Assembly (NCBI RefSeq): GCF_009914755.1
Contig: NC_060937.1
Length of the DNA stretch: 64,000 nt
From: the human T2T-CHM13v2.0 reference genome, Homo sapiens
Reading direction: 5' to 3' (one strand)
Shown: positions 29,850-43,689 of the stretch, in pieces
Layout of the letters: each line of letters opens with the position of its first letter
Position numbering within the stretch: the stretch's first letter is position 1
Position numbers and translations under genes: made by a program
Notes under the pieces: model-generated
Told to the model about the DNA's origin: nothing
The model's database searches: none
The model's input: the letters and a program-made list of their open reading frames with translations, nothing else

Positions 29850-30060
29850 CAATAACAGCATGTACTTACATAGCATTTTCTATGTGTCAGACATTGTATG
29901 AACTCTACATTTTTAATTTAATTCTCAACATAGCCACACATTGGAGGTATTGTTGCTTTCTCCATTTTACATATGAGAAATGTAAAGGTTAAATCCTACA
30001 AAAGCTAAGGTCACACAGCTATTAAGTGACAGAGGTAAATGGTTCACATCCTAAGCATTA
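29850..30060 (-). mobile_element. MIR
   Basis: Core ccattttacatatgagaaa...aaggtcacacagct. Confidence 0.75.
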
Positions 30061-31153
30061 TATTATGCTGTTTTCTCTCAACTACGACTCAAGCATACAT
30101 TTGTAGCATAATGAAAGAGAGGATCCTTTGTGAAACATTAGCACCAGATTTATTGTCTCTTTGGGCAGAGAAAAGCCAAAGGGTTTTGGAAATCTTTCAC
30201 CAATAGCAAGACTGTGGTCTACCGGAGAAGGTGGCTGTGTAGCTTAAGGGAATATGGCAAAGAGAAGCCAAGAGAGAACTCAGAATGTCTGGAGTATGAG
30301 ATGTAATCACTGGGGCAGTATTGATGGTGGACTCTGCCCATGAGGCGCAACGCTGTGATGTCTGTTCTGGAAATATGTCACCACTTCAACTCTTCTCTTT
30401 CCATGACTGATTAGATGATGATTTACTCTCACAGAAAGAATGGAGATTAGGATGGGAAGAAAAGGCTCCCTCTGTTGAGGATGGCTCAACTCTGTGAAGC
30501 TGCTAGAGAGGTGCCACAGGAAGATGAGAGTTGAAATTAACCTTAGGGAAGGCAGAGATAGAAATAAATTGATTCATATTTTAGAGATATGTTTTTAGGG
30601 TCAACTATTCTGCTTTTCTCCAACTTAAAAAAGAAAAACTCTTATTACAATAGGTTTCCTCTTCCTAACAAGGGCTTCAGTACTTAAATAGGGTTCAATG
30701 ATGGAGTTAATTTCTTGGATTTAGGATCCCACTGCTCTCCATTCCTTCTTTCCTATTTATTCATAAAATCTAATTTTGGTTCCAGACTCCATGTATGTCA
30801 CTTTCATTAAACAGGAAATAATATTAAATTTTGCAGCCACCACAGGAGTAGCAGTTTTGGGAATTCTCATTCACTCTGAGTTTATAAGAAGGCTCAGAAA
30901 AATTGACAAGTATGTTCTTCAAATTGTCATTAGGGTAAATTTGTTGAGCTTTACACAATTTTGGGTAGGATTTTAACCTTCAGAGTTTTTTGGCACACAA
31001 ATGTATTGACTTGGCAACCATTGTGTGTTCCATACAGGCAAAACCTTGTTGGCATTTGGAGTATCTGGGAGAGGAAAAGAAAGATAATCTTTTCTTCTCT
31101 TGGCTTCAGATCCAATATAGACAGAAAAAAAATCAGACAAAATATTATTTCTT

Positions 31154-31492
<339 letters not shown>

Positions 31493-33249
31493 TTATTCTT
31501 CCAAACTAGAAGATAATGCAGTCATAAAATTGAATACTTGTTACCTTATGATACAAGAGCATTGAGAATGGCTACAGAAATATACAAGTGTTGCATTCCC
31601 AAATGGAATCGAGCAGACAAAAAAACAGCAATTCAGGAAACAAACAAGAACCGCACTCCTGCCACCAATTCCAGTAGATTGAACACATTCTATATGGATG
31701 TTGTATAGTAGTCATATATTTTTTATTCAAACTAGATTAACCAAAATAAGAGAGTTCATCTTTTAGTTTGGAAAAGATGCTGGGAGTAGGTCACATGATT
31801 TAAAGAAAAGTTTCAGGTATTAGGACCTTACCAGCTGGTTCTAAAATTCAATACTGTCAAATTTCTTCTCTCCTCATCCTTGCGTTTTCCTCTCCTCTCC
31901 TTCCAACCTCTCTCTTTCTGCTATCTGTTCGAATTTATATACTTTCCCCCCTGGCAGGGACTTCTCATATTCTCCTAAATTAGCAAACCTACTAGAAACA
32001 GAACTTTTCTTCCAAATGTAATATAACCATTTCAGGCAAGGTCTTTTATTGGCTTGATCGAGTGACATGTCCAACCCTGGACTAAGCAAAATGGAATTCC
32101 AGTTAGTTGGAGTTTCAGGACTTATTACAAGACTAATAGACACTGCTTATAATAAGCTTATAGTTTATTAAAAAGATAAAATATTACACGTGGAATAAAC
32201 AGCACTCATTATTTGGCAACGCTTATTTTATCAGGTTTTATAAAATTGACAGACTTTTCTATTATATAAAAATTGAATTACATGTATGGAAGACTTACAG
32301 AAGTGCTGAATTTATCTTCCACAAGATAAAAGCCTTCTTTGGACCCCCAGAGTTGAGTAGGTTTAAGCTTTTATCATGAAAATGAACTCAATAAAAGCAC
32401 TGAAGCTATATATTTAATAATGTTGTATTTGAAACAAGGGGCACATTGGATTGTTTTTACTTTCCCTGTATTTTCTAGACAGTGTAATTAAGAGTTGTTA
32501 TTGTGCCCACTTTAAAGATTGTTCAGTTGAATTATTAATCTCCATCAATACTCTGCATGGGAAACCAAGTAGAAATTATGATCTTCTTAAAATAAAAGCA
32601 TGCTTTAAAGAAAAGCATATAAACCCTATAACACCACAAAGACCAGGAATTTTTTGTAAGGTATTATTTCAGCTCTCCAAATGGTGCAGAGATTAAAGAC
32701 AGGCCCAAATTAACATCTGCTACAGGGTACTGGACTCCAGGTAGTGGAACAGATGGAGAGAATCCAGCTCATGGATCACTGCAGGCAGGAGTGAGTGACT
32801 GAGCAAAAACAAATAAACCCATGAATCACAGCCCTGGAGGACAGAACTACAGTATTTACACAAAGTTTCATCATGGAACTTGGGCTAGTATTTGAGTTGT
32901 ATATACTTAAAAACACTTAGGATAGCTGCTTCAGAAGCTTCAATTATCCTTTTGAGTTCCATTTATTTATTTACGTATTGACAATTCTATGGTATATATG
33001 TACAAAGTTATTAACCATGCACTACTGTATAAATGTAGAACTCCTGAAAATAATTTAAAATTTGCCTAGTCTTTAACCTGATTCATTAACCTCATTCAAT
33101 CAGACATAGATATATTATGGTATCTATATACAATAAAATCTGTATATAGTTCTCTTTACTGGCCCTGCACACGAGCCCTTGTCAGAGACCAGTATTTCTC
33201 TGACAAAAAGAGTTATCTAAATCTTTTTTCCTCCAAGTTTTGTCCATGT

Positions 33250-33350
33250 ACCACCAGCAACAACATCACAGCAGAATCTCAGGCTCCATCACAAACCCAC
33301 TGAAATTGAAACTGGTGTTTGACAAGACCTACTGGTGATTCCAAGTGTCT
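33250..33350. mobile_element. MER5-type hAT fragment
   Basis: gcagaatctcaggctccatc...actgaa...acaagacc...ggtgattc. Confidence 0.55.
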
Positions 33351-33388
33351 CTAGGATTTGTGTAAGCAAACAGTAATGGAGAAGGTCA

Positions 33389-33651
<263 letters not shown>

Positions 33652-35734
33652 GGCTCAGAGGCAGCAAGAGATACAGAATTTAAAGGTCCCCAGTGATCTG
33701 GATGTCGCTGAAGTTTTTAAACTGGGGAATAATGTAAACCAAGTGTTGAGAAAGAAGAGCAATGTGATTCCACCATTTAGGTGGGTGTGGAGAGAGAAGG
33801 CGGAAGCACTAAGAACACATGGGGGCACAATACTGAAGCAAAGGCATTATTGGTCTGGTGTGGGCTTTTGGCAATAGGGATGGTAAGGGAGAGACTGTGA
33901 AACATTCTGAATTAATTTATTTGATGAATTAGTTAAGTGACTTCTTGGGATGAGTTAACATGACCCCAGGAAAATGAAATCGGTAGGGAGGAGGCACAAA
34001 GTTTAATGCAGAGAATATAAGAGCAGTGGTAAATTATAGAGAAAGAATGAAGCCCAGCTCTCAATTTCTCAGGTTTGCACTCTACTCAATTAAACTTATG
34101 GTAGTCCCTTTGCCTGACACCTTCATAGCTAAAATATATTTTTTAAAATGAAGGTGGTGGTGGTGGTGGACATCTATATAGCTTCTAAAACATTGACTTT
34201 ACCCTGCCTAACAGGAGTTTTGACTTTTACTCCTGTGTTACAAAGGACAACTTAGATATCTATTTTCTGAATATTAGAAACATTTAACGAATACTGTCTA
34301 TATTACAGTGCAACTTTTTCAATATTTAAAAATATTCTGGAATATTTAAGTACTTTAGGGCTGTTATCTTCAAATTACAATATAATTTTAAAATTTTTCA
34401 TGTTTGATAATTACTGTTTTTTTCTTCACATTTTTTCATGAAAGCCATCAAAAATATACCTCAAATGAATTTCATGATTACAGTGAATCCAAGAGATTAA
34501 GAACACTGGATAGTGAAACCACAGACCTCATTTACATTTTCTTAATATAAAATGAAAAATAAAGCATATATTGTTCTTACACCATTTGGTTCAAAGAAGC
34601 CAAATAAAAAAGCAACGAAAACAACATACTCCTGACAAAGTGCTCCAATAAACTAATGTTTTTTGACTGAGACTGATGTTTTTGACATTTGTTATTAAAT
34701 GGAGTTGTTGCACTCTGCAATGCACATGGCAAATTCTAAATACAAGAGCAAAATCCAAACCGAGTAACTCCTCCTTTCACAGTACATCCCGTCATCTCGC
34801 TCCTTCCTAGACTGTTCCCATTCACTCAAAATAAGCTTGAGATCCTGCCTTGTGGGGATAACTGCAAACTGCAGTCAGATGTAGGAGCTGCTTAATCAGG
34901 TCTCAGAACCAGGCCTTAATTAGAATGCTTGGAAAAGAAGAGCAAATGAAAATTATTAAGCTGCACTGTTTATTCCTGTTTCTAATTTTAAAGAGGAAAT
35001 CATGCATTAATTAAGCCATGGGTTAATGCTTTGAGGCACATTTTTGAGATACCCTAAAATAACAAGGAGAAATTTTTTTTGTTCTGTTTTGATAAACCCA
35101 CTCTTGACTACTTGCTATATATGGTATGATATACTTCAACATAGAGTGTAACAGGGCACGCTATACTAAGTCTTGGTTGAATTTTAAAAGAATTACTAGA
35201 CTTAAGGTGCGGCATGATAATCAAAGTGAGGCAGGTATTCCCTAAAAGTAAAACGGAAATGTGTAAAACCCATTTTCAGAGGTGAATGGAAGGTAAATTA
35301 GATGGTTTAAGAGAAGAGCACAATTCTACAAAGAGCTACATGGGCAGATAATTTCTAATGAGCAGAAAATGGCTTTTACAACATATTTTGGTGTTACAGA
35401 TTTGAATCTGTTGATGATACCATACTTTGTGATAATCAGACTTAAGAAAAATAGAGTGATTGTTTTAAGTGAGAGCAGAAATATTATTTCTATTTTCTAC
35501 AAAGCAATGACATAGGGATTATGTCTTCTTTAAAAAAGTTTTTAGCAATTCTTTCTCTAATTTTTTTACCCTGATCCAAATTACGAAAATGAAGAACATG
35601 CATAGAAATACTCCTTGTAAATTTATCTCCTTACATGACTCTAAAGTAATAATTTAAATTCTTGTTCTTTCTAGCTCCACTGATTTAGATTCTCACTGAG
35701 AATGATGAATCCTGGATGCTTCTTTGAAGCATTA

Positions 35735-35839
35735 CAGGTTGTATGAGCATATTCTTTAAGTGTTACATCAGTGCTCAAAAAACTTCAGATTTGGGAGCAT
35801 TTTGGATTTCAGATTTTCAGATCTAAGATGCTAAACCTG
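35735..35839. mobile_element. Internally deleted Tigger4a (Zombi/MER46) DNA transposon
   Basis: TA|CAGGTTG start, then gctcaaaaaacttcagatttgggagcattttggatttcagattttcag...gatgctaaacctg|TA. Confidence 0.85.
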
Positions 35840-36040
35840 TATTTACTCACCACACAGAGACTGTCTTTCTGCATCTCCACTATTCTCTCAATATCCAAAG
35901 GTCATAGAGAGTTGCTTAGCTTATGTGGTCTACTTTCATTTTGAATGTCTTTATCATAAAAATGATCTATCTTTAAAGCAAAATTTTATTATTAGGTCTT
36001 TTGCAGTCTAAAAGCTGTGTGAGGAGAGAGACTGAATCCA

Positions 36041-36086
36041 GTGTGTGTGTGTGTGTGTGCACGTGTGTGCATGCACATGCACGTGC
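36041..36086. repeat. (GT)n plus mixed alternating purine-pyrimidine tract, 46 bp
   Basis: gtgtgtgt...gcacgtgtgtgcatgcacatgcacgtgc. Confidence 0.9.
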
Positions 36087-37378
36087 TTCTTATTTACTAT
36101 AGAATTTTAAACACAGTAAGCATGCAGAAGCTATTTGCCATGTAACAGAAACTACAGGTGGGGCATTGGGCATCATTTAGATTAGGGAAACATGCTTTGG
36201 GATTCAGAGATACAATTCATTAAGAAGATGGAAAAGTATTAAGAAAATTATGAAGGTAAAGCTCTTTAGGAGACATTTTAATAGGCAGAGTTTCAAACAG
36301 TTGCATTAAGTAGGAAAACTCACATTCTTTCCTTGAATCATTCTCTTTCTTAAGATCAGACCATTATATTAACAGGTTTTTGGGTTTTTTTTTTTCCTCC
36401 CTGTTTTTCTAGCACTTTATTTCAGGCACTTCCCTCCTTCTGACATTTTTCTGAGTTCCTTACACTCTGGAGTCAAAGATCCCACAGTTTTCCACCAGCC
36501 AATTCTGACCTCTTGTTCTTCCCAACCACCACTATCATAAAACCAACAACAACAAACAAACAAAACAAAACAGTTCTCCATGTATAGCCCTTTGGGGCTC
36601 TATGACGAAGACCCTGTTTTATCAAAGACTGTTTTCCAGAGCTTGCACTCATCTTTGACACATAGTGTCATCATCTCCCCCTTTTATTTTTTTGCATGCT
36701 TTTGTTCCTTTAGCTCACTGGTAATAATGTTTGCTGAAAGGAAGGGCAGAACAAGCTGCAACAGGACTTATGACACCATATCATGGAAAGATAGCCTCCC
36801 GGTAAATCTAGGCCTCCCGGTAAAGATTAGCAGTATAATGAATAACAAGTTATAAACAGACCCTGAGGTTAAAGGATAGCAGCATGCTCTTGGCCCCCAC
36901 CTTATATAGCAGACATTTTTTCCACAGACGTTGGGCCAGAGACATCAGGGCACCCATAGGGACTCATTCAAACATTCTCATTGTGCTTTTCATACTGTTT
37001 ACTAGCCTGGACTGCAGATCCGAAAAACAGCCAGCCTTCACATTGTTGTTCTCTATTTTCATCTTGGGCAAAAAGTGAGAAACACTTGTTTGGAAAATTA
37101 GGTATTTTTAGTCATAGTGCAATGAGTGTTAGGTGTTTGTGGTTATCATGTTTAGTATGTGGAGGCTGACAGGAACAAACATGTTCAGATTGAGGTCCAG
37201 AGGTGTGAAAAGACATTAACAAGAATAAGGCTATAAAAATACATGTCTCTTCTTACAAAGCAAAACACTGCATGTGTTTCTTCAAAGAACTGAAAGGTCC
37301 TTATACATGAGGATGAGGTTTGCACCATTATTAATTCAAGATGCTCTTTCACAGGGAAATGGCTCTGAAACTAGGTGT

Positions 37379-37700
37379 CGTATATATATATATATACACA
37401 CATATGTGTGTGTGTGTATATATACACATATATATACACATACATATGTATGTATATATACATATATACACGTATATATGCATACATATATATGTATATA
37501 TACATATATACACATATATATGTATATATACATATATACACGTATATATGCATACATATATATGTACGTATGCATATATACACGTATATATACATATATA
37601 CACATATATGTGTATATATACACGTATATACACATATATATACGTGTATATATACACGTATATACACGTATATATACGTGTATATATACATATATATATA
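37379..37700. repeat. Complex TA/CA/TG/CG dinucleotide repeat, 322 bp
   Basis: Every dinucleotide in register is pyrimidine-purine; this tract is the source of the YI/HT-rich junk ORFs. Confidence 0.97.
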
Positions 37701-38066
37701 GGCTAATGAGTTATTTACATTTAACACAACCATTTATTATCCTCCCATTATGTGCCAGGCATTTTGCTCAAGGTCAGGGATAAAAAGAGCAGGACTTTTG
37801 CCTGAGGGGAACTTGGAAGCTTGGTTGAACAACAGGGTTATAAGTAAATATCATGTAACATCCTGATTTTAGTGCTGTAGTAGAAATTATTCTAATTAGT
37901 ATCTAATGGGCATAGAGGAACATCCGTACTGCCAAGGATTGGTGGGAATTGAGAGTGAAAAAGAACGATTAAGAGAGAAGGGATTTTGAACAACTTGGAG
38001 CAGAACGTTGACGAGGATTCATAGATACCACGCAAGGGGAACAACAAGTAATTTGTGTATTTTTAG

Positions 38067-38249
38067 CAATGGTTCTCAAAGTGCAGTTCCTAGACTAGCA
38101 GCACCAGCATCACCTAAAGCTAGTTAGGAATGCAAACCTACTCCACCCCAGACCTGCAAAATCAGAAACTCTGGAGGTGGGGCCCGGCAGCCAGGGGTTT
38201 ATACACCCTCCAGGTGATTGTGGTGCATGCTACAGTTTGGAAACCACTA
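38067..38249. mobile_element. MER5A (hAT-Charlie), near full length
   Basis: Termini caatggttctcaaa...tttggaaaccacta; internal cagcatcacct, aatcagaaactctgg and ccctccaggtgatt. Confidence 0.9.
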
Positions 38250-38258
38250 GCTTTAGGG

Positions 38259-38356
38259 CGTGGGCTCTCAAACTTGACTTCGTGTCAGAATCACCTGGGA
38301 GTTTAAAAATATGATGCCCGTACCCCATCTCAGAGGATCTGATTCAACTGGTCTGA
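38259..38356. mobile_element. MER5B-like partial
   Basis: ctctcaaactt...tcagaatcacctgggag...tctgattcaactggtctg. Confidence 0.7.
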
Positions 38357-38447
38357 GGAAACTGAGATTCTGAGAAGAGAGTAATTTCTCTAAGGTCACA
38401 TAGTTAATAGGTAGGAATTAATGCCCGGGCCTGTCACCAAAGCCCCA
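38356..38447 (-). mobile_element. MIR core fragment
   Basis: gaggaaactgaga...aaggtcacatag. Confidence 0.65.
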
Positions 38448-38583
38448 GTTTGTTCATTTTGTTGCATAGACCTCTCAATCTGTGTGAGGGCAGAGATAGA
38501 ACAGCCTTTCCCGTGGATGCCTGGGCTCATTATAAAAGGCCTTTCATTGTTTATTTCTGTTCTGTCAAAGAATAGAGTCTTTG

Positions 38584-38884
38584 TGCTGGGCGCCGAGGCT
38601 CACACCTGTAATCCCAGCACTTTGGGAGGCCGAGGTTGGGGGATCACCTGAGGTCAGGAGTTCGAGACCAGCCTGGCCAAGATGGTGAAACCCCATATCT
38701 ACTAAAAATACAAAAATTAGTTGGGCATAGTGTCTCACACCTATCCCAGCTACTCAGGAGGCTGAGGCAGGAGAATCACTTGAAATCAGGAGGCGGAGGT
38801 TGCAGTGAGCCAAGATTGTGTCATTGCACTCTAGCCTGGGTGACAGAGGGAAACTCTGTCTCAATTAAAAAAAAATAATTATAA
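38584..38884 (+). mobile_element. AluSx-like
   Basis: Full Alu; TSD AGAGTCTTTG at 38574 and 38885. Confidence 0.95.
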
Positions 38885-39214
38885 AGAGTCTTTGAACAGT
38901 AATGGTACTTGAAGATGTGGCTTCGTAAGTTGAGAACAAGGTATAAATATACCTTAGCTATATTTGTGTTATGTTACTTTTAAAAAATGCTAGCGAATTT
39001 GTTTGCATACCTATAAACTCTCTAGACTTACTACAATATACCCCCACTTTCAGTAAATCCGATATACAGAAATTTTATTTAGAACCAAAAAATAAAATCG
39101 CCCTCAAGCAGACAATATTTTTACTTTACAAAAGCATTCACATGGGTTTCCAGGCCCTCAAGTTCAGTGTTTACTCAGCTATTATGTGGGTAAGGGCTAC
39201 TGGTGGCCTTTGAG

Positions 39215-39942
39215 CTTTTTATAGTAGACTTTATGTGTTAGAGAAGTTTTAGGTTCACAGCAAAATTGAGCAAAAGGTACAGAGATATCCCGTATCCTCT
39301 CTGCACCCACACATGCACAGCCTCCCCCATTATCAGCATCCCCACCAGAGTGGTACACTTGGTACAATTGATGAACATGCATTGACACATCATCATCACC
39401 CACAGTCCATAGTTTACATTAACGGCTCACTTATAGGTGCTGTACATCCTGTGAATTTTGACAAATGTATAATGACATGTTTCTACCATTAGAGTATCAT
39501 AGAGAATAGTTTTACTGCCCTAAAAATCTTCTGTGCTCCAACTATTCATCCCTCCACTGATCATCTTTTTATCATCTGCATAGCCTAGCCTTTTCCAGAC
39601 TATCATACATTTGGAATCATACAGTAGGTAGCCTTTTCAGACTGGCTTCTTTCACTTATTAATATGTGTTTAAGTTTTCTCCATGTCTTCTTATGGCTTC
39701 ATAGCTAATTTCTTTTTAGTGCTGAATAATGTTCCATTGTCTGGATGTACCACAGTTTATCCACTTACCCGCTGAAGGACATCTTTGTTGCTCCCAAGTT
39801 TTAGCAAACATGAATTGAGCTGCTGTAAACATCTGTGTGCAAGTTTTTGTGTACATGGACATAAGTTTTCAACTCCTTTGGGTAAACAGTAAGGACTTCA
39901 ATGGCTGAATTGTATGGTAAGTGTGGGTTTAGTTTTGTATGC
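39215..39942 (-). mobile_element. L1MC1/2-like 3' end
   Basis: gttttaggttcacagcaaaattgagc...cccaccagagtggtaca...catcatcatcaccca. Confidence 0.88.
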
Positions 39943-40034
39943 CCTTGAGATTTTTATTGGTATGCAAATGATATTCAAATGATTTGTAGTTAAACATGAT
40001 TTAATGGCTCTTCTAAGCAAAGATACCTGATCTC

Positions 40035-40205
40035 TCTGCTAAATGCTCTGCATGGATTATATCATTTAATCTGTGCAACCAGATATGAGATACATAATAC
40101 TACTTTTACAGAGGCTTAGGAAGATCAAATAGCTTTCATTAACTGTATAAGCTTGGATGTAGTCAATCCAGGATTTAATTCAGACCAACTGAAAACAGAG
40201 CCCAT
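40035..40205 (-). mobile_element. MIR fragment
   Basis: tcatttaatc...ttttacagaggcttag...caggattta. Confidence 0.6.
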
Positions 40206-40537
40206 CTTTAAACTGTTTTGAACTCCATGTCACTCTAGGTGTCTGTGTTTCATAGTCCCTTCTTAGCAAAGTAGCCACTAATGGTTCTTATTTACTGCCC
40301 GCAGCAGCTAGCTGGACACCTGGGAATTTGGTGATCTTGGAGGTGGCCTGGATCTAGAACTCTGCCTTTTAGGAAGTTTCTCTAATGAGTTCTGCCTAAT
40401 TGAGTATTTTCTTTCAAAGAATTTTGAAATATATTAATCAGATAGTATATTGCTTAGCAACTTGAAGAGACGTGAAGAAGCAGAAATCCATCTGACTGCT
40501 ACAGAGAGAGGTGTTTTTTTCTGTGTGTGTGTCTTCT

Positions 40538-40566
40538 GTTTTTTTTTTTTTTTTTTTTTTTTTTTT
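40538..40566. repeat. Poly-T tract (~29 nt)
   Basis: Direct reading. Confidence 0.9.
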
Positions 40567-42494
40567 GGTTGTTGTTTACCTACTTCTGGGTGTTTTCTTA
40601 GAAAAACTCCCATCACTTAGGGAAAACTTGCTGTGTCTTTGTTTAGTGTCATCTCAAAGAGCCTGACTAATATAATCTCAGAAGAATCCAATGAGTTATG
40701 TATGTATGGGTGTGGAAACTTAAAAATTGAGCTTTGAACTTCTATATGAGTCAGAGACTATTTTGTCAATCTGGAGACATGAATATGTGCTCCACCCACC
40801 ATCTTTTAATTACATGTATTGATACCTGAGATAGGGAAAAGGAAGATCTGAGTTTTTGACACAGTTCTGCTATTGGGCTGCAAAGGTCTCTTAGGGTATA
40901 TTTATTTTTCACTTCTTCTGCTGATGCCTTGAGTGACCCTGACATTCAGCATCTAGTTCTCCACAGCACATTTGAGCAATTGTTAGAATCACCAGAATGA
41001 CAGAAGAAGAATTTCATACCTAAGCAGACTTTGTTAGAAACATAATTTACACATATGTTTCTATCATGTACTTATTTGACTCTGATGATGATTCTTCGTA
41101 TACTTAGGTAGAGGCAGATGTGTGATTTTTTTTTAGCTAGCATAAATCATTTTCTTTTGTATTGGGGGATTTCTAGTTCAAATCCAGGTAACAGCTCACC
41201 TATTATGCCTAGTGTGTAAACAGTTTCACCTCTCCTTTGCTCAAATACTTGGAATCATAATTATCTTCTTTAAAATTTGGCCATAGGCAAAATCTTTGTC
41301 GGATATATTCTCATTCAGCATGCCAAATCAGAATCGCAAACCACAAGGCAGCGTCTTTGCTAGATTACCATGTATTGCATGGAGGTATAATATAATTTCC
41401 AATTAACTCCTTTTGAAACATTGTTTCTTAGTGTGTTATTAACCTAACTATTCAAGTCATTAGATTTTTATTATAATGGTACTGAGAATAATTGTTGGGA
41501 CATCTTCAGCTGTTTCCCACCCATGCAATTTCCTTTGACACTTCTGTGTTAAAGTACAGCTGAATCTTTTAGTTTATAATTATTAATATATGACCAAATA
41601 TGAGCATTGTTTTCATAATTATTATATATCCACAGAAAATATTGTCCAAAATTATATAGCCCAAGCCCACATTAATGTAACATTTCTTTTCATTAAGATG
41701 ATGTCACAGAGTCCAAAGAAGGTCAAAGAGATTCAAGAAAGGGCAATTTTAAAGAGTTCTTTAGACCATGTATGTTAGAAGGAACTCAGATAGTTTTGTT
41801 ATTCTATAAACCTCAAGATAAAGCTGATAAGAATGTTTTGATCAAAATTCAATTGCTTCTCTGAATAATTTAGATTACTGTTAGATTAGAACTTCCATAG
41901 AAGAAGATACAAGTGTTTGCTTTTATTTGTGTTTTTGTTTTTAAAGATGGATCTAAGTCATGAAAGAGGGCTGGGTATGGCACAGGAGGCCTATGTTCAT
42001 CGCTGTATCTCAGTTAAGCAAATAGCTCCCTGGCTACAAGCAGAAATGTATGCTCTTGTTATAATAATTTGCTTTAGCAAGAGATCTTACTCTGTTTTTG
42101 CCTTTCTTCTTGTTGTGGGTCATTTAAACATCTGTTCTTATGACACAGGAATTTTCCAGATGGATGTGTGTTTGTTGCTCTGTCAGAAAAATCTAATTTT
42201 ATAAAGGAAGTAGCATGATGGCCAAAGTGTTCTTTGTTTCCCTCTACACCCTGATATTAATGAGAAAAATCCTTTGGCCATGTCTCCATTAAAGCTAACC
42301 AACATCCGTCTTCCCTGTTACATAACATGGTCTTGTTATGATCAGACCAGTTGTCTTTAGTCTTTCTCTGAACACTTGCCATTGTTCCCTCTGTGAGGGC
42401 TATACTTTTTTCCCTTTTAATATATTTAAAATCCATTAATTACAGGCCTAATACAAGACTTCTTTAGTCATCCTATAAAGAAATTTTACTGAGA

Positions 42495-42700
42495 GCAGTA
42501 CATTTAGAGTAGAAAGAACAAAGACTTTGGAGCTAGGTGGTTCCAAGTTTGATTCGTGGATTCACTACTGACTAAATGAGAGCCATTGAACAAGTTACTT
42601 AATCTTTCTGAATGCCAGTTTTCTTGTCTGTAATATAGAAATAATGTCTTATCTCATAGAGTTTTTGTAAAAATTAGATGAGATAAAATTTACCTGGCAC
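42495..42700 (+). mobile_element. MIR (MIRb-like)
   Basis: gactttggagc...caagttacttaatctttctga...cagttttcttgtctgtaa. Confidence 0.8.
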
Positions 42701-43689
42701 CCAAATTTCAGATACCTATGTTATGCCTATTTGTGATAATATTCCCTTAAGCAAAATAATTTATTTGTATCAAGTTTATTCATGCCCATAATTGAAATAT
42801 CCACATTATTATACAAGGTTTTCTTGTTACATACACTAGTCATTCACCACCTCTGCCTGTTCTCCTACTGTGGGTAAACACTTTCAACTCTTTTAGCTAT
42901 TTCTTTTTGTGTCTATTTCCAGATGCCTTAAATATATCTTATTTTGCAACTTGTTGCTCTTTTGGTTGTAGGTATTATATGTTGATATGGAAGATGAGAA
43001 TGAAACTTGCCTTAATAGTGCCTCATTATTTTCAACACATACACACACCCTAATGCTCTCTCTCTCTTCCCAGGCTGCCTTTCTCTTATTATAGTCATAT
43101 CATAATTTTAGTTAAATCAATATTTAGGATTCACATTATGACCATGTAAACACTAACTACAGGTGATAAGATTTCCTATATACTGTAATTGCTGTTCCTT
43201 CCAAGAGTGAGTTATTATTTTCTCTGGAGTTATCGAATATCTTGTTTACTTTTGGGGGTTTATTTTTATGTATTTTATGTATACTTGTTGCTAGTTGAAG
43301 CCCCAAATCTCCAACAAATGTTTAAGTGACATGTTAACATCATATTATAGAAGAAATCTCTCAGAGCTTTCTGACCTGCTTGAATCTAGGCAAATTGGCC
43401 CCTGCGTGGTACACAACTATTCTTCTCTGATCTCCACACCATGATCATCCTAAACATTTTCTTTACCATTTTCCCATGTCAATCCTCTCTTTCTATACCA
43501 GCATATATTATGGTAGAGCATACTTTCCAGTAAGTTTGTGGGTATGGGCTCATGCATGTAATAACCTTGTTGATATTTACATGTTTGATGAGTTTTGTAT
43601 TTTATCCTCACAGCAATTAATAGTTCTGCTGCATCAAGAACTTTACATTAGGAATAATTTACCTTTAGGAAATGGATTTATTGCTAATC

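Noticed and set aside
37274-37783. Six overlapping 99-169 aa ORFs rich in Y/I/H/T/V/C/M
   Set aside because: Artefact of the stop-free alternating dinucleotide repeat
42800-43680. Possible very old L1ME/HAL1-like remnant
   Set aside because: Too degraded to assign a family or boundaries by eye
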